Source: Eledone cirrhosa
Taxonomy: Eukaryota
DNA: 64,000 nt
NCBI GenBank assembly: GCA_964016885.1
Contig: OZ024742.1
Span: 251,100,001 to 251,164,000, forward strand
Reading direction: 5' to 3'
The notes under the pieces were generated by a model, which was not told where the DNA came from, did not search any database, and saw only the letters and a program-made list of their open reading frames with translations. Shown here piece by piece: positions 28,101 to 64,000 of this stretch. Made by a program: the position numbers and the translations under genes. Numbering within the stretch: the first letter of the stretch is position 1; every line of letters begins with the position of its first letter.

Positions 28101-31100
28101 GTGTGAGACAGTAGTAATTAGACAGAGAGGGAGGTGTGGTGAGACAGTAGTAATTAGACAGAGAGGGAGGTGTGGTGTGAGACAGTAGTAATTAGACAGA
28201 GAGGGAGGTGTGGTGTGAGACAGTAGTAATTAGACAGAGAGGGAGGTGTGGTGTGAGACAGTAGTAATTAGACAGAGAGGGAGGTGAGGTGTGAGACAGT
28301 AGTAATTAGACAGAGAGGGAGGTGGTGTGAGACAGTAGTAATTAGACAGAGAGGGAGGTGTGGTGTGAGACAGTAGTAATTAGACAGAGAGGGAGGTGTG
28401 GTGTGAGACAGTAGTAATTAGACAGAGAGGGAGGTGTGGTGTGAGACAGTAGTAATTAGACAGAGAGGGAGGTGTGGTGTGAGACAGTAGTAATTAGACA
28501 GAGAGGGAGGTGTGGTGTGAGACAGTAGTAATTAGACAGAGAGGGAGGTGAGGTGAGACAGTAGTAATTAGACAGAGAGGGAGGTGTGGTGTGAGACAGT
28601 AGTAATTAGACAGAGAGGGAGGTGTGGTGAGACAGTAGTAATTAGACAGAGAGGGAGGTGTGGTGTGAGACAGTAGTAATTAGACAGAGAGGGAGGTGTG
28701 GTGTGAGACAGTAGTAATTAGACAGAGAGGGAGGTGTGGTGTGAGACAGTAGTAATTAGACAGAGAGGGAGGTGTGGTGTGAGACAGTAGTAATTAGACA
28801 TAGAGGGAGGTGTGGTGTGAGACAGTAGTAATTAGACAGAGAGGGAGGTGTGGTGTGAGACAGTAGTAATTAGACAGAGAGGGAGGTGTGTGTGAGACAG
28901 TAGTAATTAGACAGAGAGGGAGGTGAGGTGTGAGACAGTAGTAATTAGACAGAGAGGGAGGTGTGGTGTGAGACAGGAGTAATTAGACAGAGAGGGAGGT
29001 GAGGTGTGAGACAGTAGTAATTAGACAGAGAGGGAGGTGTGGTGTGAGACAGGAGTAATTAGACAGAGAGGGAGGTGAGGTGTGAGACAGTAGTAATTAG
29101 ACAGAGAGGGAGGTGTGGTGTGAGACAGGAGTAATTAGACAGAGAGGGAGGTGAGGTGTGAGACAGTAGTAATTAGACAGAGAGGGAGGTGTGGTGTGAG
29201 ACAGGAGTAATTAGACAGAGAGGGAGGTGAGGTGTGAGACAGTAGTAATTAGACAGAGAGGGAGGTGTGGTGTGAGACAGTAGTAATTAGACAGAGAGGG
29301 AGGTGAGGTGTGAGACAGTAGTAATTAGACAGAGAGGGAGGTGTGGTGTGAGACAGTAGTAATTAGACAGAGAGGGAGGTGTGGTGTGAGACAGTAGTAA
29401 TTAGACAGAGAGGGAGGTGTGGTGTGAGACAGTAGTAATTAGACAGAGAGGGAGGTGTGGTGTGAGACAGTAGTAATTAGACAGAGAGGGAGGTGTGGTG
29501 TGAGACAGAGGTGAGACAGTAGTAATTAGACAGAGAGGGAGGTGAGGTGTGAGACAGTAGTAATTAGACAGAGAGGGAGGTGTGGAGTGAGACAGTAGTA
29601 ATTAGACAGAGAGGAGGTGAGGTGTGAGACAGTAGTAATTAGACAGAGAGGGAGGTGAGGTTTAGACAGAGAGGGAGGTGAGGTGTGAGACAGTAGTAAT
29701 TAGACAGAGAGGGAGGTGTGGTGTGAGACAGTAGTAATTAGACAGAGAGGGAGGTGTGCTGTGAGACAGTAGTAATTAGACAGAGAGGGAGGTGTGGTGT
29801 GAGACAGTAGTAATTAGACATAGAGGGAGGTGTGGGTGAAACAGTAGTAATTAGACAGAGAGGGAGGTGTGGTGTGAGACAGTAGTAATTAGACAGAGAG
29901 GGAGGTGAGGTGTGAGACAGTAGTAATTAGACAGAGAGGGTGGTGTGGTGTGAGACAGTAGTAATTAGACAGAGAGGGAGGTGAGGTGAGACAGTAGTAA
30001 TTAGACAGAGAGGGTGGTGTGGTGTGAGACAGTAGTAATTAGACAGAGAGGGAGGTGAGGTGTGAGACAGTAGTAATTAGACAGAGAGGGAGGTGAGGTG
30101 TGAGACAGTAGTAATTAGACAGAGAGGGAGGTGTGGTGTGAGACAGTAGTAATTAGACAGAGAGGGAGGTGTGGTGTGAGACAGTAGTAATTAGACAGAG
30201 AGGGAGGTGTGGTGTGAGACAGTAGTAATTAGACAGAGAGGGAGGTGAGGTGTGAGACAGTAGTAATTAGACAGAGAGGGAGGTGTGGTGTGAGACAGTA
30301 GTAATTAGACAGAGAGGGAGGTGAGGTGTAAGACAGTAGTAATTAGACAGAGAGGGAGGTGTGGTGTGAGACAGTAGTAATTAGACAGAGAGGGAGGTGA
30401 GGTGTGAGACAGTAGTAATTAGACAGAGAGGGAGGTGTGGTGTGAGACAGTAGTAATTAGACAGAGAGGGGGGTGTGGTATGAGACAGTAGTAATTAGAC
30501 AGAGAGGGAGGTGTGGTGTGAGACAGTAGTAATTAGACAGAGAGGGAGGTGAGGTGTGAGACAGTAGTAATTAGACAGAGAGGGAGGTGTGGTGTGAGAC
30601 AGTAGTAATTAGACAGAGAGGGGGGTGTGGTATGAGACAGTAGTAATTAGACAGAGAGGGGGGTGTGGTATGAGACAGTAGTAATTAGACATAGAGGGAG
30701 GTGAGGTGAGACAGTAGTAATTAGACAGAGAGGGAGGTGTGGTGTGAGACAGTAGTAATTAGACATAGAGGGAGGTGTGGTGTGAGACAGTAGTAATTAG
30801 ACAGAGAGGGAGGTGTGGTGTGAGACAGTAGTAATTAGACAGAGAGGGTGGTGTGGTGTGAGACAGTAGTAATTAGACATAGAGGGAGGTGAGGTGAGAC
30901 AGTAGTAATTAGACAGAGAGGGAGGTGTGGTGTGAGACAGTAGTAATTAGACAGAGAGGGAGGTGTGGTGTGAAACAGTAGTAATTAGACAGAGAGGGAG
31001 GTGTGGTGTGAGACAGTAGTAATTAGACAGAGAGGGAGGTGTGGTGTGAGACAGTAGTAATTAGACAGAGAGGGAGGTGTGGTGTGAGACAGTAGTAATT

Positions 31101-34100
31101 AGACAGAGAGGGAGGTGTGGTGTGAGACAGTAGTAATTAGACAGAGAGGGAGGTGTGGTGTGAGACAGTAGTAATTAGACAGAGAGGGAAGTGTGGTGTG
31201 AGACAGTAGTAATTAGACAGAGAGGGAGGTGTGGTGTGAGACAGTAGTAATTAGACAGAGAGGGAGGTGTGGTGTGAGACAGTAGTAATTAGACAGAGAG
31301 GGAAGTGTGGTGTGAGACAGTAGTAATTAGACAGAGAGGGAGGTGTGGTGTGAGACAGTAGTAATTAGACAGAGAGGGAGGTGTGGTGTGAGACAGTAGT
31401 AATTAGACATAGAGGGAGGTGAGGTGAGACAGTAGTAATTAGACAGAGAGGGAGGTGTGGTGTGAGACAGTAGTAATTAGACAGAGAGGGAGGTGTGGTG
31501 TGAGACAGTAGTAATTAGACAGAGAGGGAGGTGAGGTGAGACAGTAGTAATTAGACAGAGAGGGAGGTGTGGTGTGAGACAGTAGTAATTAGACATAGAG
31601 GGAGGTGAGGTGAGACAGTAGTAATTAGACAGAGAGGGAGGTGTGGTGTGAGACAGTAGTAATTAGACAGAGAGGGAGGTGTGGTGTGAGACAGTAGTAA
31701 TTAGACAGAGAGGGAGGTGTGGTGTGAGACAGTAGTAATTAGACAGAGAGGGAGGTGTGGTGTGAGACAGTAGTAATTAGACATAGAGGGAGGTGTGGTG
31801 TGAGACAGTAGTAATTAGACAGAGAGGGAGGTGTGGTGTGAGACAGTAGTAATTAGACATAGAGGGAGGTGAGGTGAGACAGTAGTAATTAGACAGAGAG
31901 GGAGGTGTGGTGTGAGACAGTAGTAATTAGACAGAGAGGGAGGTGTGGTGTGAGACAGTAGTAATTAGACAGAGAGTGAGGTGAGGTGTGAGACAGTAGT
32001 AATTAGACAGAGAGGGAGGTGTGGTGTGAGACAGGAGTAATTAGACAGAGAGGGAGGTGAGGTGTGAGACAGTAGTAATTAGACAGAGAGGGAGGTGTGG
32101 TGTGAGACAGGAGTAATTAGACAGAGAGGGAGGTGAGGTGTGAGACAGTAGTAATTAGACAGAGAGGGAGGTGTGGTGTGAGATAGGAGTAATTAGGCAG
32201 AGAGGGAGGTGAGGTGTGAGACAGTAGTAATTAGACAGAGAGGGAGGTGTGGTGTGAGACAGGAGTAATTAGACAGAGAGGGAGGTGAGGTGTGAGACAG
32301 TAGTAATTAGACAGAGAGGGAGGTGTGGTGTGAGACAGGAGTAATTAGACAGAGAGGGAGGTGAGGTGTGAGACAGTAGTAATTAGACAGAGAGGGAGGT
32401 GTGGTGTGAGACAGTAGTAATTAGACAGAGAGGGGGGTGTGGTGTGAGACAGTAGTAATTAGACAGAGAGGGAGGTGTGGTGTGAGACAGTAGTAATTAG
32501 ACAGAGAGGGAGGTGAGGTGAGACAGTAGTAATTAGACAGAGAGGGAGGTGTGGTGTGAGACAGTAGTAATTAGACAGAGAGGGAGGTGTGGTGTGAGAC
32601 AGTAGTAATTAGACAGAGAGGGAGGTGAGGTGTGAGACAGTAGTAATTAGACAGAGAGGGAGGTGAGGTGTGAGACAGTAGTAATTAGACAGAGAGGGAG
32701 GTGTGGTGTGAGACAGTAGTAATTAGACAGAGAGGGAGGTGTGCTGTGAGACAGTAGTAATTAGACAGAGAGGGAGGTGTGGTGTGAGACAGTAGTAATT
32801 AGACATAGAGGGAGGTGTGGGGTGAGACAGTAGTAATTAGACAGAGAGGGAGGTGTGGTGTGAGACAGTAGTAATTAGACAGAGAGGGAGGTGAGGTGTG
32901 AGACAGTAGTAATTAGACAGAGAGGGTGGTGTGGTGTGAGACAGTAGTAATTAGACAGAGAGGGAGGTGAGGTGAGACAGTAGTAATTAGACAGAGAGGG
33001 TGGTGTGGTGTGAGACAGTAGTAATTAGACAGAGAGTGAGGTGTGGTGTGAGACAGTAGTAATTAGACAGAGAGGGAGGTGTGGTGTGAGACAGTAGTAA
33101 TTAGACAGAGAGGGAGGTGTGGTGTGAGACAGTAGTAATTAGACAGAGAGGGAGGTGAGGTGAGACAGTAGTAATTAGACAGAGAGAGTGGTGTGGTGTG
33201 AGACAGTAGTAATTAGACAGAGAGTGAGGTGTGGTGTGAGACAGTAGTAATTAGACAGAGAGGGAGGTGAGGTGTGAGACAGTAGTAATTAGACAGAGAG
33301 GGAGGTGAGGTGTGAGACAGTAGTAATTAGACAGAGCGGGAGGTGTGGTGTGAGACAGTAGTAATTAGAGAGAGAGGGAGGTGTGGTGTGAGACAGTAGT
33401 AATTAGACAGAGAGGGAGGTGATGTGTGAGACAGTAGTAATTAGACAGAGAGGGAGGTGTGGTGAGACAGTAGTAATTAGACAGAGAGGGAGGTGTGGTG
33501 TGAGACAGTAGTAATTAGACAGAGAGGGAGGTGAGGTGTGAGACAGTAGTAATTAGACAGAGAGGGAGGTGTGGTGTGAGACAGTAGTAATTAGACAGAG
33601 AGGGAGGTGAGGTGTGAGACAGTAGTAATTAGACAGAGAGGGGGGGTGTGGTGAGACAGTAGTAATTAGAGAGAGAGGGAGGTGAGGTGAGAGACAGTAG
33701 TAATTAGACAGAGAGGGAGGTGTGGTGTGAGACAGTAGTAATTAGACAGAGAGGGAGGTGAGGTGTGAGACAGTAGTAATTAGACAGAGAGGGAGGTGTG
33801 GTGAGACAGTAGTAATTAGACAGAGAGGGAGGTGAGGTGTGAGACAGTAGTAATTAGACAGAGAGGGAGGTGTGGTGTGAGACAGTAGTAATTAGACAGA
33901 GAGGGAGGTGAGGTGTGAGACAGTAGTAATTAGACAGAGAGGGAGGTGAGGTGTGAGACAGTAGTAATTAGACAGAGAGGGGGGTGTGGTGTGAGACAGT
34001 AGTAATTAGACAGAGAGGGAGGTGAGGTGTGAGACAGTAGTAATTAGACAGAGAGGGAGGTGTGGTGAGACAGTAGTAATTAGAGAGAGGGGGAGGTGTG

Positions 34101-35517
34101 GTGTGAGACAGTAGTAATTAGACAGAGAGGGAGGTGTGGTGAGACAGTAGTAATTAGAGAGAGAGGGAGGTGAGACAGTAGTAATTAGACAGAGAGGGAG
34201 GTGAGGTGTGAGACAGTAGTAATTAGACAGAGAGGGAGGTGTGGTGAGACAGTAGTAATTAGAGAGAGGGGGAGGTGTGGTGTGAGACAGTAGTAATTAG
34301 ACAGAGAGGGAGGTGTGGTGAGACAGTAGTAATTAGAGAGAGAGGGAGGTGAGACAGTAGTAATTAGACAGAGAGGGAGGTGATGTGTGAGACAGTAGTA
34401 ATTAGACAGAGAGGGAGGTGTGGTGAGACAGTAGTAATTAGAGAGAGAGGGAGGTGAGACAGTTGTAATTAGACAGAGAGGGAGGTGTGGTGTGAGACAG
34501 TAGTAATTAGACAGAGAGGGAGATGTGGTGTGAGACAGTAGTAATTAGACAGAGAGGGAGGTGAGGTGTGAGACAGTAGTAATTAGACAGAGAGGGGGGT
34601 GTGGTGTGAGACAGTAGTAATTAGACAGAGAGGGAGGTGAGGTGTGAGACAGTAGTAATTAGACAGAGAGGGAGGTGTGGTGAGACAGTAGTAATTAGAG
34701 AGAGAGGGAGGTGAGACAGTAGTAATTAGACAGAGAGGGAGGTGAGGTGAGACAGTAGTAATTAGACAGAGAGGGAGGTGTGGTGTGAGACAGTAGTAAT
34801 TAGACAGAGAGGGAGGTGTGTTGTGAGACAGTAGTAATTAGACAGAGAGGGAGGTGTGGTGTGAGACAGTAGTAATTAGACAGAGAGGGAGGTGTGGTGT
34901 GAGACAGTAGTAATTAGACAGAGAGGGAGGTGTGGTGTGAGACAGTAGTAATTAGACAGAGAGGGAGGTGTGGTGTGAGACAGTAGTAATTAGACAGAGA
35001 GGGAGGTGAGCTGTGAGACAGTAGTAATTAGACAGAGAGGGAGGTGTGCTGTGAGACAGTAGTAATTAGACAGAGAGGGAGGTGTGGTGTGAGACAGTAG
35101 TAATTAGACAGAGAGGGAGGTGTGGTGTGAGACAGTAGTAATTAGACAGAGAGGGAGGTGTGGTGTGAGACAGTAGTAATTAGACAGAGAGGGAGGTGAG
35201 GTGTGAGACAGTAGTAATTAGACAGAGAGGGAGGTGTGGTGTGAGACAGTAGTAATTAGACAGAGAGGGAGGTGTGGTGTGAGACAGTAGTAATTAGACA
35301 GAGAGGGAGGTGAGCTGTGAGACAGTAGTAATTAGACAGAGAGGGAGGTGTGCTGTGAGACAGTAGTAATTAGACAGAGAGGGAGGTGTGCTGTGAGACA
35401 GTAGTAATTAGACAGAGAGGGAGGTGTGGTGTGAGAGAGTAGTAATTAGACAGAGAGGGAGGTGTGGTGTGAGACAGTAGTAATTAGTCAGAGACTGAGG
35501 AGGAGGTGTGTTGTGAG
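4197..35517 (+). repeat. ~31-kb satellite, 38-bp unit GAGAGGGAGGTGTGGTGTGAGACAGTAGTAATTAGACA (roughly 820 copies), with a 200-N gap at 14117-14316
   Basis: Period read directly (aggtgtgg at 4201 and 4239). Head-to-tail identical units with SNP and 2-bp deletion variants and no unique spacers. Confidence 0.99.
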
Positions 35518-35576
35518 TTCGTAGTTTATAAAAAACACAAACGAAATATATTTTATAATATTACAGTGTTCATTCA

Positions 35577-35582
35577 TTTATT
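35577..35582 (-). terminator. Candidate poly(A) signal AATAAA of the TRPM-like gene
   Basis: tttatt on the plus strand, ~95 nt after the stop codon. On the minus strand it is followed by a GU/U-rich tract (ttcgtttgtgtttttt). Confidence 0.55.
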
Positions 35583-35674
35583 TATATGTATATATATATA
35601 TATGTCTTTGTTGTGTCTTCTTCCCGCCCTCAGCATCGCCCCACCCACCCCTCACCTTACACCTCCACAATATC

Positions 35675-63202
<27,528 letters not shown>

Positions 63203-63509
63203 CTGAAATATTAATAAATATAGGTTTCTTTTATAGAATCACAACCAAGAATGTGTTAATTCTGTAAACATTGTTATATTTAAACACAAAAGACATTAAG
63301 ATACATAATTGTTTCTACTTTAGGCACAAGGCCAGTAATTACCCAGTACATTACTGGTACTTTATTTTATCGACCCCGTAAGGATGAAAGGCAAAGTTAA
63401 CCTCGGCGGGATTTGAACTCAGACTGTAAAGGGACGTAACTATGCTAGAAAACATGGCGTCCAACCCTCTACCGATACTGCCAATTACATAATACATACA
63501 TAATGTAAA

Positions 63510-64000
63510 GACCCCTTTTGGTTACAAATGACCATGGGATTTGCAGCTAGAAAGTTCCCCTCCAAGGCATAAGTCCAGGCAAGGTTGTTTGTGGAAGATC
63601 AGTAGTCACCTTATACATACCAGTCTTCCCTCTTTATGCTACCGATGTTGTCCAAGGGAAAGGCAATGGCTAATATAGCTTGGCACCAGTGACGTCACAA
63701 CTCATTTCTACAGCTGAGAGAACTGGAGCAACATGAAATAAAGTATCTTGCTCAAGAACACAACGCAAAGCCTGGTCCGAGAATTGAACTCACAACCTCT
63801 CGATTGCAATGCTCTAACCACTAAGCCATGCATCTTCTTACACACATACATACATATATCATCATTTCATTTTACGTCCACTTTTCCCTGCTTGCAAGGG
63901 TGGGAAGGGAACTGATTCTGGCTTGATTTCTACAGCAGGATGCCCTTCCTAACACCAACCTCATTTACAGTGAGTGCTGGGTGCTTTTTTGCCATGGCAC
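63510..64000 (-). mobile_element. Two further SINE copies (63510-63835 and 63858-64000, truncated by the window end)
   Basis: Same CORE-like head and tail sequences as 36981-37720. Confidence 0.75.

Noticed and set aside
4197-35517. CRISPR array (38-bp repeats)
   Set aside because: Units are contiguous with no unique spacers, there are no cas genes, and the context is eukaryotic. The same applies to the 49-bp and 33-bp arrays.
35645-35660. 3' UTR donor AAG|GTGAGG that might splice across the whole satellite
   Set aside because: A poly(A) signal with a GU-rich downstream element lies ~75 nt further on, and I found no convincing acceptor exon left of the array.

Overview
Eukaryotic, AT- and microsatellite-rich animal DNA, not a prokaryotic window. 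The tRNA-headed SINE families and (GAT)n-tailed RTE elements suggest an octopod cephalopod (inference). The right half (35675-63202, minus strand) holds the last ten coding exons of a TRPM-superfamily cation channel: TRP box WKFQR, coiled coil and a C-terminal NUDT9-homology (NUDT9-H) domain. I spliced them by hand: all junctions are GT-AG, phases match, and they give 543 C-terminal residues plus a stop. The transmembrane part lies beyond the window end. The Nudix box is fully degenerate (EAFMKS where NUDT9 has REFGEE), and the domain carries extra insertions. The introns contain a mariner fossil with nested hAT-type and SINE insertions, an R4-clade RLE retrotransposon, RTE LINEs, a probable Helitron, several MITEs, a tRNA-Cys-like gene, minimal hammerhead-ribozyme motifs, long inverted SINE/LINE pairs, a 49-bp minisatellite and a 33-bp minisatellite built from copies of a splice donor. 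About 60 bp past the poly(A) signal begins a ~31-kb G-rich satellite of 38-bp units (4197-35517, 200-N gap) with higher-order variant blocks. The left end has a CRE-like retrotransposon fragment, SINEs and a CAC-rich repeat. Family assignments come from motif recognition only; no database searches were run.
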